Assembly (NCBI RefSeq): GCF_037042905.1
Contig: NW_026974140.1
Coordinates: 1,118,001 to 1,182,000, forward strand
From: Lytechinus pictus
Taxonomy: Eukaryota
Length of the DNA stretch: 64,000 nucleotides
Reading direction: 5' to 3'
A program made the translations under genes and the position numbers. This document shows positions 26,540 through 38,690 of the stretch, one piece after another. How positions within the stretch are numbered: the stretch's first letter is position 1; every line of letters begins with the position of its first letter. Under the pieces are notes generated by a model that was not told the origin of the DNA, did not search any database, and saw nothing but the letters and a program-made list of their open reading frames with translations.

Positions 26540-26767
26540 TAAAGTTTCAACAGAAACTTGTCGAACTCACAGCTTTGGCATCTTTGGGCTACAGCCTCCA
26601 CACAGACACCACCTTGGAAGTTGGACATGCATGGATGATTAGGTATTATAATTGACAAAACAGATCCATTTGTTAACCATTCCAAATTCACTCGAGGAAA
26701 GTGATCTGAATATGCAGCCAAAAGCCTCCGCCAATGACTTAATGACTTAATTGAATATAGGAGGTCC
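26540..26767 (-). pseudogene. Candidate decayed exon inside the Academ-like element
   Basis: Strong acceptor tttctttttcaatttcag followed by the open frame DLLYSIKSLSHWRRLLAAYSDHFPRVNLEWLTNGS... Same strand as 25262-25399. Product not recognised. Confidence 0.35.
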
Positions 26768-28666
26768 CTGAAATTGAAAAAGAAATATCTGTACAAGCCT
26801 TAGGTGAAGACCCACTTTATGATCAAAGGATTAATCAGGGACTGTACCTGAAGAGTAGTGTTGTCCATTCTATTATATTATCAATGCTATACCTACTGTA
26901 GCAAACTAAAAAAAAATGTTACGTACCCAGCTATGAATCCTCCTAACAATATTATTCTCTTTTTATCTACAACATTTAAATTTCTTTTTTTTTATATGAT
27001 AAAGTTTAAATATCATGCTCATCGTACTGTTCAGAATTGGTAGACAAGCAATATACAAGCAAGGATAAATGATTTTTTTTTAGAAATAAGAGAACTGAAG
27101 TGGTGTCCTTTAATTTACCATTGCCAGTATGCAGGCAGGTATATTATTAAACAAATGTAAAACTCCGGAATTATGTTAATTTTCTCAATATTTTTACTCT
27201 AAGGCACAAGTTCCTCAGCACATTTGGCCGAGATGAAGAGTGGTAACATAGCCGTTGCTAGGGAATATTGTTTCTAGGCAACATATTTGTCTCCATGGAA
27301 GCTATAAAATAGTCAGTTTGTTGAATGATTATTGAAAACGAGGTTGTAGGCATCTATATAATAATTGTGTCAGTAGTCAGTATTATTGCTCATAATGGAC
27401 TATTTTCCACAGATTTGTCCAGGGAAAAGAGTGTTAACATAGTCGTTGCTATGGAAAATAGTCGTTGCTAGGCAACAAATTGGTATACATGGGTAATATG
27501 AAATGGTCATTTAGTTTTTGTTCTATTGAAGACAAGATGCTGCATGTTAATTGATGGGCCCTGTTGCAAAAAAATGTATGTCATAATGACATAAATTTCT
27601 ATCATGACATAAAATCATGCATAGCTTATACCGTTGACATAAATTCCGTTGCATAAAAATATTTATGTATTGTTTTAGCTTATGACGCGATTTAATCATC
27701 ATTACATAAACTGAATAGTCATGAACGAGCCTGTTGACATAAACTTGGCAAAAGCTGTCATTTTTCAGCCACAGCAAGTTCTTGCGAAAAAGGGTCTTCG
27801 GCTTCCCATTTTGACGGGATAGAGGCATATTTTGGTACGTATCCAATTTTCATTGTTATATATCATAGATAGTAGATATATCTCATGTTCTGACCAAAAT
27901 TCTAAGTTTCTAAGTATAAAGAGATCGTTTAAATGAATTATTATCACCGTAAATTCTATGCAATGATTGCTTGGATACTCTCCGGCTGCTTTTAGCCGTA
28001 CAACGCCGGCAGTGCTAGCCGGAGGTTCCGGCGTCTGATACAGACAAATAATGCATGGAATCAACACCGACAGAAAACAGTTGGGCAATTCCGTAAAATA
28101 ATCAACCTTTTTGTACATCTGACCCCCATTTTTCTCAAGTTTTACTTCAATTCATAAACTGACCAATTCATGATCATTTGATTTGATTTGATTTGATTTT
28201 ATGGAATTGCCCAGTTTTAAATAATCTTCACGACATTGGTTTTAAGGTTCCGGTGTCGGATAAACATGAATAATGTGTGGAATGAACATCGACAGAAAAC
28301 AGTTTTAATAATCTTCATGACATTGTACATTGATTTTAAGTTTTTTTTTTTGAGCACCCCGCCCTTGAAAATTCCTAATCTAACTTCTAATCTAAGCTTT
28401 AATAACAACTTCTAACTTAGTCTTAGATATAGTCTAGCTAGGCCTAGATTAGACTAGAGTCTAGACTAGACCCTTTCTAGTTAGGGCCTATACAGCTCTA
28501 GCTGTCACTCACTGTCACTGACCGTCAGAGCCAGGCCCTAGACTTTCTAACGTTAGGCCTAGCCCTAACTAAGTCTAAGTTAGGTCCTAGCCCAGGCCTA
28601 AGACAAAGTTAGGCCATGACTCCTATATAGGAGATTTTAAAAAAGGGCTAGAGTCTAGGCATGGCC

Positions 28667-28810
28667 AAACTCAGGCAAGGGTTTGTATATATGCTAAACT
28701 TCACTAGTGACACTACCACTACCCTCCGCTCCACTATCAGATAGGTGGAGCGGAGGGTAGCGGTAGTGAAGTGTAGTGGAGCCTAGGCTATATGAACCTT
28801 CGCCTGAGTT
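28667..28810. mobile_element. Palindromic MITE, same family as 11783-11990
   Basis: aactcaggc.a.ggtt ... aaccttcgcctgagtt, with the central hairpin ctaccctccgctccac-N-gtggagcggagggtag. Confidence 0.8.
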
Positions 28811-30890
28811 ATTCATGGCCATGCAGGGCCAGGCCCTAGCTAGTAGTAGTACTAGCTTGGCCCCTTTTAAGTTCTAATCTAGATCCATAGTAGTCACTAG
28901 ATCTATTCTGATCTAGTTTTCTATCTAGGTTCTAGACTATGTTAAGTAGACTAGACCTCCCAGGTCTAGATCTAGTCTTTTAAATTCTAAATAAGTTAAA
29001 TTTGTCTTGGTTAGCTGAGCTGGCCCTAACATTACTACTTTACTAGATCTAGGCCTACCCCGGTTGGGACCTTGGTCCTGGCCATGAAATGAGGAGGTGC
29101 AGCCCTGCCCCTGGACTGGGTCTGGCTTGGGCTTCTTCCATTCAAGCTTTTATCATATATCAAAATTGAAACCTAATCCGGGACCTAATCTACTTTAGCA
29201 ATACAAGAGCTCAGGCAGAACGAGCGAGCTTTTAATTTATTTGTCTAATTTAAGGAGCAAAATTGAAACTGTCTTTACATCATTAGTAAGCTAATAATTT
29301 ATAGGGTCTAGATATATCTAATATTAATACTAATATCATAGATCTACTAGAACTACAAATGTTACTCTAGAGCTATTCTATGTCCAATCTTTAGCCTGAA
29401 TTTTTAACTCTGACATTAAAATTCAAATAGAATCTAGTACACATGGTACATGTACATGTGTAGGTTCTAACTTAGACCTTTGGGAGATGGGGAATTGGCT
29501 TGAGCCCCCTGGGTTCATGATAGAGTTATGGAGTAGGGTATTCTAGCTCTATTATAAATAATATTGTTTTCTAGTGCCAGGGGTAGAGGCCTAGTCAAGA
29601 TTTATCAGGTGGTAGATGTGCATTACAATAACATGTAGAGTATAAGACCCTAGGAGCGATTTTTTTTTGGGGGGTCCCCTCTCCGTTAAGAAAAAAAACC
29701 GAAATGATTGGTGTGTAATAAAGGTGATAAAATAATTTAGATAGCCACTGCGTTTATAAAGACTGGAGACTATTTTTGTTCTTTGATTTGTTTTACAGGT
29801 TAAAATGTAAAAGAGATAAAAACCTTATCAAATGTTTTTTCTATTAATTTTTAAACCATTGCACAGACAATATCCTTGAAGAAAAAGCAATTCCATTAAC
29901 TATAGGGTTTGGTTTCTGATCTGTGGATAAAAATAACCATGATAATTGAAATGCTCTTGGTGACTGTTATAAAAAAAATCTCAAAATATATTCTATTCCT
30001 TTTACCTATTTACTGTAAAGAGGATTTTTTAGATAATTATTAAAGGGGTGATTTTGGGGGGTAAAAAAACTTTTGCAATTTGAAGTAAAGAAAATCCCTA
30101 ATTTTTGTATAGATAATAGAATTATAAATTTTTCATACTATCTTCATTAGGAGTATTGATATATTTCGTATGTAAATCATTTTTCTAACATATTTTTCTA
30201 ACAGTAAAAAAAAGGAAAATTTTAAGCCTAAATGAAACACTTGTACTTTCCTTTTAATATTGCACCCTAAGTGATAAAAGGTTCAAAAATTGACCTTATT
30301 ATTGTTTGTACCCAGAAATGTTTGTTTGCTCAATAAAAGGAGCAACATGTTACTTTTTAAGGTGCATAATACTTAAAATGTTCTAATTTTTTAACCTTTA
30401 TTACATGGTTTAACTCTGCGCCGTATAAGGTGCTTTTTGCTACACCCGTATTTAAGGTGAACAAATGAGCATAATTGCTCTCATTAGCACCCCTTGGGGT
30501 GCTGTTTTTGCACCAACCCCTAAGGTTCAAATTTGAACCCCGATCAAACCATTTCAATGTTGAATGACTAGACCTTATTAGCGAAGAGGAACTATTTCAT
30601 TTTGGCAAAAGAAAATGCCATCGTGCCTTGGAGGATGACATCTTCTTGCCTTCGATATGTATTCACAATGCACTCATGGATAGAATTCATTTTTACACAG
30701 TTCTTAAAATAGAAGGTGAAACTTTACCAACACCCCTGTCAAATATATGTGACAAAATCTGTAACGATAGAAGTATTTCTTAAAAGAGGGGACTTCAGTT
30801 GTTCTTTATACAAAATATAAATATGAATTCATTTTCATCTGTAACTATGAAAAATTTGGTATTCACTTTTCTAACAGGTGAACCACACAA

Positions 30891-31022
30891 ATGGTGAGAA
30901 GAGGTAGAAAGAGAGAGGGGGACAGCAACTGGAAGGAGATGGAATTCCAGACACTCTGCCACTGTGTGCCATTGAAAAAGAAATCTGTTTTTGGATCAGG
31001 GGGTCAAGCTTCTAGTATGAAG
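30891..31022 (+). CDS. First coding exon of a probable Myb/SANT-like (Harbinger ORF2-type) DNA-binding protein
   Basis: Acceptor ttttctaacag (to 30877), ATG at 30891 and donor AAG|gtaagt at 31023. MVRRGRKREGDSNWKEMEFQTLCHCVPLKKKSVFGSGGQASSMK fits the R..N[FW]..E...L...V......FG start of Myb/SANT-like domains. It lies inside a Harbinger-type element. Confidence 0.55.
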
Positions 31023-32379
31023 GTAAGTTTTTTTTATAGTTGTGTTAATTGAACATTCTACTTGTAAATACAAGTAAACTGTACAGTAATATTTATTATG
31101 TTATTGTTCTTAAGAGCGCTTGTACATGTAATGTACTGTTATATTAATTTTCAAATATGAATCTCTTCTACAATTAAATCACATCTTGTATTCATCTTAA
31201 TTTACTCACAAAAATGGATAATATCAATCTCGTAAATTTTTATAGAAAGTCAAGTTTCAATTGACAACTGAGCCCTCTCAATATTTCAATTAATGACAAC
31301 ATAATAATGGAATGCATTCTCAAAAATATGTAAGAGCAAGAACAATGTAACTCTTTAAAACGAAAACAAAATCTAGGTAGACTATTAGATCCATACTATT
31401 GTAACAATTATTTTCCACTTTACTTTTGCAAGAGATTCAGATTCAGTTGATTTATATTTTTTATTAGATTTTCAACAGAGACAAACAATTTGAGCTTATA
31501 AGCTTAAGCACAATATAAGTGCATTCAAGAATAAGATAGTGGTAGTAGTAGAAGGGACAGGTGGGAAGTTGGTAACGTAAACATGACATTGACCTCAATT
31601 TTGTGTTCTTGTATTTTTCCCCCATTCCTTGTTCTTCCCCTCTTGAAGTTATCTTATATACTTCCCCCATTACTAGAGGTGAGTCGCCTACCCTGCACCC
31701 TTGCCCTCCTTCAGTAACACCACACATGAACATTCTCTCCAATGATTTGATTGAAATGAAAATATTCTGACTACAATATAAGGGTATCAAAGGTAATAGT
31801 AGACTATTAACCCATTTTTTTATTTCACATTATTATTTTTTTTTTATTTAAGCCTGTGATTGCAATCTCAAAAGGCTCTTTCATAATCTTTCAGAGACTC
31901 GTACATGTATGTGAACACTGGTTTTATCAAGTTGAGTTGCTAAAGTTGTTTGCATTGATTCTTCTTATTTCAGATTGTTCAAGAGTCAAGACTGTTGAAG
32001 ACATGACGTCATGGACCTGGTTGCACCTGGCAAGGGAACTATATGACTTCACTTAAATATTCACAAAACGCTTTGTGAAATTAACATTAGTACTAACTTT
32101 CATTTTTCAAAGATAATAATTATTATATTGACATTGTGGATATCTTTTTATGATTGTTATCATAAAAATTATTAAAGTGTTAATGATGATAGGTCATAAT
32201 AATAGAAATGAAAAATAAGTAGAAAAGAAGACGACAAAGAAGAAGGAGGAGGAAAAGAAGAAGAAGATGATGAAGAATAAAAGGAAGAGGAGAAAAGGAG
32301 GAGAAAAAATTGCATCGCTGTGAGTTAATTCATGATATAACAGAAATCATCGTCTCTTTTAAATGGAAATATTCATTAA

Positions 32380-32974
32380 AGTTCAAGTACAACCCAGAAA
32401 AATGTTGATTTGAATAAATAGAGAAAAATCAAACTAACATAACGCTGAAAATTTCATCAAAATCGGATGTAAAATAAGAAAGTTATGGCATTTTAAAGTT
32501 TTGCTTATTTTTCACAAAACAGTGATATGCACAACCCAGTGACATGCAAATGAGAAAGTCGATGATGTCCCTCACTATTTCTTTTGTTTTTTATTGTTTC
32601 AATTAAACAATATTTTTTAATTTTTTTAAAATTTGACAATAAGGACCAACTTCACTGAACCATATAGTATTAAACAATACTAATTCCACATGTTCAGAGA
32701 GGAATCAATGGTTGTTTCACTTGACAATGAAGAGAAAATTAGAATATTTCATATAATAAAATACAAAAAAAATAGTGACTGGATGATGTCATCAGTCTCA
32801 TCATTTGCATACCGACCAGGATGTGCATATAACTGTTTTGTGAAGTTAAGCGAAACTTCGAAATGCCATAACTTTCTTATTTTACATCCGATTTTGATGA
32901 AATTTTCAGTGTTATGCTTGTTGGATTTATCTCTTTTTATTTAAACCAACTTTTTGTTGGGGTGGACTTGTCCT
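32380..32974 (+). mobile_element. Complete Kolobok-like TTAA MITE (third copy)
   Basis: TTAA at 32376-32379 and 32975-32978. High identity to 25584-26187. Confidence 0.9.
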
Positions 32975-34849
32975 TTAAGCATAAAATGTGATATAGTTAT
33001 TTTTGTTTTTTAAGATGTATTATTGTGTCATGTTTGTAGTTGTACACTTGATTGAGGTATTGTATTAATTTAGGATATGAATAATATATTTTATTTTGAA
33101 TCCACATACCTCTTTTAATCATGTTTATACAGTCATGAGTAAGGGACATGGGACAGGTGACAAGATTATATTGTTTTACAAATTTTAGTGTGCATTTATT
33201 TCAAAAGTAATAAATTTACATAAAATGTCATTCCTTTTGCTTCATCTCTTTGTTTAATTGCTTTCATTGAATCGGGAGGGGTGGGGTGTGGTTAAAATAT
33301 GATTTGCCCCTCAGAACACACTTGTTTCCCTACTAAAGATTGTAAGTAATATTTGTAGAAAATTGTAGGATTATTTTTATGAACGCTAAATATTTTCCCA
33401 TGAATTGTCAAATTGGGAAAATAATTGATTAAAAATGAAGATTTGAAGTAGCAATGGCGAGAAATGAACAGGAAATGTCATATAAAAATGAGAAAGATCC
33501 AGAGATTCAAAGATTTCAATGTATAAGGAATGATGAGAGAGAGAGGGGACGAGGTTAATTAGAATGGGAGAAGGGAAAGGAAAAAGTAGAAATGTGGAGT
33601 CATTATCAAACGGAGATATAGAGAGATGTATAGAGAATTGGAAAGATAAATTTCGTGAATGATAGTGGGCCAATCTCGGAGGTAGGAAGATAATGAAAGG
33701 GATAACGAGGATAAAGCAGTTTTTTGGGGGGTTGCATTTGATGAAAGAGAGATAGAAAGAAAATGGCCAGGTGCTCAAAGATTTAAAAATATAAATGATG
33801 GGTGACAGAGGTATGGATCAAGGGATAAAGATGCATGAACGTGTCCCAATTTAGGCACAAAGCTGTGATGAGTAGTGGCCCCTCGTGTGCACTCCTCCTT
33901 GGATTTGGGCAATAAGTGGGATTTTTTATAAGTGGACCCCCCTCCACTCGCACCATCTCCAGTTGCAAGTTTTGGGCAAGGAAAACCCCGCGTCTCTTTT
34001 TTTTCCTGGCTAAAAAAAACCAAGCCATCTGATTAGACCTTTGTTCGGAATTGAGGAACATTTTCATTTAGGCCTATTTATTTGTTTATTTTCTCTGTCA
34101 ATTATTTTCTTGACGAAATTGCCCCGTTGTGCTTCCAAATTTGTAACCCTCGCCCCAACTGCACAGGCAAGAGGGTTCCATGACACGCTTATAAAATACA
34201 CAATTGAAATTATAAAGAAATGAAATAATGAACAAATCATTACAGGGATTATGCATGGTTGTCAATCGGTGTTCGTGGTTTGGGGATGACTGACACAAAA
34301 TTGTTCTCTGTGAATGAGTTTTTTTTTAGTTTAAAGGGGTGGCTTTAGGAACTCATATTTTTATGGGGTAGACATGGTGTAAAGGGCAAAATTTATTAAA
34401 ACTGCGAGCGAGCAAACATTTTGAATATTTTATACAAATTATAATTTTGTGATTGATGTTGATATGATATTTCATAAAATATATCATATTTCACTCTTTC
34501 TTTTCCTTTCTTTTTTCAGACCGAATTTTTCATGATAATTATACCTTTCTTTCTTCCACAAGACTACTATGATAACTAGATTAATGATGCAAGCGCGAAG
34601 CTCGAGCTGAGATTTTCGATAAGAATGGGATAAGCTCTTATATATCCATTTGATGACTTTTTGATATTTCCCTTTTCTTTCCTCTTTTAAATTACAATTC
34701 GCATTTTTTTTGTATGTTCTCTAGGCCTAGTGCCTATTTTAGACCATGAACCTGAATAAAGAAAATTAATAAAAATGAGGCGATATTAAAAAGGATGGTG
34801 AAATAATCGAGGCAAGCCCCATATGCACTTGGTTGGGTGAAGGGTAAAT

Positions 34850-35530
34850 TAAACTAGAATTATCAATGAAGGTGATTAATACCCTTGCCCTATGCCTTTA
34901 CCATGGCAACAGTTTCCAACAAGTGGAAAAAAATGTCTTGCCCATCTTTACCCAAGACCTACATGTATGTGTGAGCAAGTCATGATAATTACTGATGAAG
35001 TATTTTGAACCGCAAGATTTTTGCCAAATTTTTGACATAATATATAGTGTTACCATGGCAACACGATTTCCGACACATGCAAAAAATATGTCCTGTACAT
35101 CTTTACCTCGAGACCAATGTGTGAGCCAAATTTAATGAGAATTGGTTGGAAACTAATCAAGTAGTTGGAACCAATAGATTTTTACCAAATTTTGGGCCTG
35201 TAATATGTTGTAACCATGGCAACACGATTTCCGACACACACAAAATATGTCTCTCTCACACCTTTACTTCTAACTCAACATGCTCAAAGTGTGAACCAAA
35301 TTTTACGAGAATTGGTTAAAAATCGATGAAGTAATTACAACTCATTTTTTAAACAATTTTTTGTCATATCATATGCCGTTACCATGGCAACATGATTTCT
35401 GACACACAAAATAGATTTTGGAGCTAGGGGAAGCACCGGGGGGGGGAGCAATCCAAATTCCAACACCGGACTCGAAATCATCCAATGTGTGTACCAAATT
35501 TCTTTTATAATCACATCTGAATTAAGCACA
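34850..35530 (-). mobile_element. HINE-like element with about 165-bp units carrying GTTACCATGGCAAC
   Basis: An aactagaa end (reverse of ttctagtt) and four diverged units containing accatggcaac at about 34900, 35052, 35213 and 35381. Confidence 0.5.
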
Positions 35531-36854
35531 AAAGGGGCGATTTTAGACTGAAAGTCAAAGTTATTATCATTATTTTGGGAGGGAGGGTGGTGCCTGAAAA
35601 ATATGTGACGTTGATATAAATTATGATATAATTCTGAAGAAAATGTCCTATCCTCGATTAAGCAAGCACATTAACTATTATGCTTAGGCCTAGCTCTGCT
35701 TATAAAAATAAAAAATATTTACGATTATTATTTTTTTAAGATATTGAAAGAATACATCATAGACTATCCAATGACACACAAATTATTTCGAAACTCCAAG
35801 TAAAACTCAAAATATCATCAAATTACAAAGGGCATAATTTAAAAAAAATCTTAAAATTCCCCATAAGTCACTCTTTGCGGAAAGCCGCCGTTTATGTCTT
35901 GATTTTAATCAAGACATAAATTTATGTCATTCAAATGGATTTATGTCATGATTTTGTGTCGTGATTTGTGACATAAAGCTTTATGCAACGGATTTATGTC
36001 AATATTTGTGTTTATGTCATGATTTATGCTGTATGACATAAATCGTCACATAAATCATGACATAAATCAATACATAAACTTTTTTGCAACAGGGCCATGT
36101 ATTATTAACTCAATCAACTTTTTCACCACAAAATAGTATAAAGTACGTCTTGTACGTACGTATATCAATGTAGTCAAAATGAACAATAATCACAAAAATA
36201 TGGCGATTTGTTCGATGTGGATGGGTATGTCAGATAGAGCTTAGCAAATTTATTTGAGGTTCGCAATAGTTAAAATGGGGGTTTTCAGTTCATTTTATTA
36301 TTTTTCAATAATACTTTATAGAATTTCATTGGTGTAACTTTTTGGTTTAATTTAACCTAGTTAAAAAGTTAAAAGTTAGGTTTCAAATGGAACAATAAGT
36401 GGTTTACTTAAGGAGCTAAATGGTTGGTAAGGAAATGGTTGGTAAGTTATGTTGCTAGGCATCATTTTCTGAGAAAATGTTCATAAAATTCATGCTTAAA
36501 TGTTTTTCAGTAATTCTTCTTACAATATATAGTGGATCTATCCTTTGAAAGTAAGAAAAAATACCTGATAATTTAAATCAATGAGTAAAAAATCAGAATT
36601 CACGATAAATATTCAATAAGTATTTAAAATGGGCGTGGCTTATTCAAGGCTGGTTTATATGGTGATGCTACACATTATGGCATTTTTAATGCCCAATTCC
36701 GAAAAATTCAGAAAATTTCCTTTAATTTGATATATGATTTTGCTTTGATCCAGCCGGGGGGATTAAAGTCAAGAAATAAGGCACTTTTTGGCTTCTGGCC
36801 GCTCACCTATAAGTCATACTTAAATCTTTGTGAAACACCACCCTGATTATATTG

Positions 36855-37285
36855 TAAGTCCAGGTTACACTATAAGTTGTTTCAATTTTATGCCAAGCTA
36901 CTCTTTAATGCTAGCTCACATGCAAGGCCAGGCTACATTATTAGGCCATGTTATACCATATAACATAAGAAAGGTTACACTATATGGGGGCGGGGGAGGG
37001 GTGGTTCACAAACATTTTAGTTTGACTTGTACACGACATGTTGCGCGCAATCTTATTTATCAATACCGTACGCAGAAGTGCACGTCCTCTCGGCATGATC
37101 TGACCAATGCGGTGATGTCTTTTATACTGCACGCAAGTATACCCAGATTACTCTTTTAGATCAGGATAAATTCTAAGGCCAGGTTACACTTTAAAGCCTG
37201 GTTACGCTTTAAAGAAGGTATCTCTTTAAAGCAGGTTAAACTGTAAGGCCAGGTTACACAATAAGCACGGATATCACACTTTAAC
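36855..37285 (+). repeat. Minisatellite aaggccaggttacactttaa and MITE fragments (also 17340-17560 and 19030-19250)
   Basis: Units of about 20 bp built on ggccaggttacac. 37120-37285 matches 17337-17520. Confidence 0.7.
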
Positions 37286-37289
37286 TATG

Positions 37290-38340
37290 GGTGGGCCAAC
37301 TTTATTTTCGATTTACTTGATTAGTATGGGACATATCTTACGCCGCCATAATATCAATTATCATATCTATGATGTGACATCCATCTCCATCTCTCTTTCA
37401 AACCAAAACAGGCTGATGCAATATATGCAATCACCTTTCTTGATAATTGTTTAGCTGACATTCAATCCTGGCTGGATAGTCATTCATTGAAATTGAATCC
37501 CTCCAAAACTGAGTTCCTTCTATTTGGTTCAAGGGCTCAACTTAGTATGGTCAAGTTGTCATCCGTCTCTTTTTTTCGCGATGTACCATTAATGTGTCCC
37601 AGATGTGTCGTAACCTATGGTCATGTTAGATTGTGGAATGTCTATGTCAAATCAAGTTACCAACATCTGTAGATCTGTAATGTATCAGCTCCGCAATATT
37701 GGGTTCATCAGAAAATATTTGTCAAAATATGCTACTGAAATATTAGTTCATGCACTGATTTCTTCACGACTTGATTTTGGAAATGCCTTGCTTTAAAATT
37801 TACCCAACACCCAGTTGTCTAAACTCCAAAAGCTCCAGAACGCTGCAGCACGTTTGGTCATCCTTAAAAAAAAACATGTTCATATCACACCCATTCTGAA
37901 ATCTCTTCATTGGTTAAAGGTCAACGATTGCATCATCTTAAAAATCCTTCTCCTTGCATTCCATGCAATTAACGGCTCTCTGTTCCACAGTACAATATCA
38001 ATCTTATCAATAAATACACTCCTGTCAGGTCTCTACGTTCATCCAACCCTGGTTCCCTAGTTATTTCCAAATCTGTTAAAACATAAGGGTTCGGGCTTTT
38101 CCTCGTGCTGGCCCTGTTTTCTGGAATGATCTTTCCCTGGTAATCCGTGAACGCACTTCCATTGACACATTTAAACGTAACCTTAAGACTCGTCTATAAA
38201 ATGCTTCCTACTCTTAATTTTTCATGAATCAATTACTATTATATTTGTTGTTTTTTTCTTTCACTGCGCCTTGGACACTCTGCCGCGTGGATTTGGCGCA
38301 TAACAAATAACACACATTATTATTATTAGCATTATTATTA
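37290..38340 (+). mobile_element. 5'-truncated, decayed L2/CR1-group LINE
   Basis: LKLNPSKTEFLLFG, LVHALISSRLDFGNALL, KLQKLQNAAARLV...HITPILKSLHWL, FKRNLKT; then a 3' gcgcc...ggcgc stem and a (tta)n tail. Confidence 0.9.
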
Positions 38341-38353
38341 CTGAAGTCGCACT

Positions 38354-38690
38354 TAAGGACGTTCCACAGTTAAATTAAAGTCCATGTCATTTTCACCAAA
38401 TTTTGCAGAGAGTTACTCTGATATATATGCATTATGAAAATGCAAAAAATAACAATAGCTTATTTTTTTCTACGGGTCTTCAAAGTTGCCGTACATGTAT
38501 TTGAATGATATGCAATCTTGCGCAATCAAGTGAATTATGCCTCTCTTAGACCTCATGAATTCACCAAATGAGTTTAAATCACCTTTACTCATAGGATACC
38601 GCATCAAACTTCATCAAATTGTCAAGATATATAACAAAGTGTATACCTAAGTAAGAAAAAGTCTTTCAATTAGTAAAACTATTGAGTTGT
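38354..38690 (+). mobile_element. Left end of a TAAGGACGTTCCACAG-family element, probably continuing at about 57540-59560 after the LINE
   Basis: Its TIR is the reverse complement of the end at 15548-15564. The unit tccatgtcattttca is shared with 57669-58830. Confidence 0.6.

Larger units (their letters stand above)
27557..36096. mobile_element. 8.5-kb PIF/Harbinger-like element inserted in the right TIR of the Academ-like element
   Basis: 17-bp TIR ggccctgttgcaaaaaa / ttttttgcaacagggcc and a 3-bp TSD ATG (27554-27556, 36097-36099). Clustered subterminal gacataaa/tttatgtc repeats occur at both ends. Confidence 0.85.
19428..36809. mobile_element. Large DNA transposon with long TIRs, Academ-like (TAG termini, 3-bp TSD)
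   Basis: Left end taa-TAGGCGAGCGGCGAGAGGCCAAAA (TSD 19425-19427). Right end TTTTGGCTTCTGGCCGCTCACCTA-taa (TSD 36810-36812). Inverted homology extends from 19428 to about 20220 versus about 27250-27556 plus 36100-36809. The empty site restores a palindromic host MITE (gtgcgacc-taa-gtcatacttaaatc). Confidence 0.75.

Noticed and set aside
32200..32310. Acidic/basic low-complexity coding segment
   Set aside because: Degenerate (gaa/gga)n microsatellite with stops and no exon boundaries.
33386..34067. Minus-strand ORFs as Harbinger transposase remnants
   Set aside because: No DDE-family motifs recognised. Mostly purine-rich low-complexity sequence read on the pyrimidine strand.
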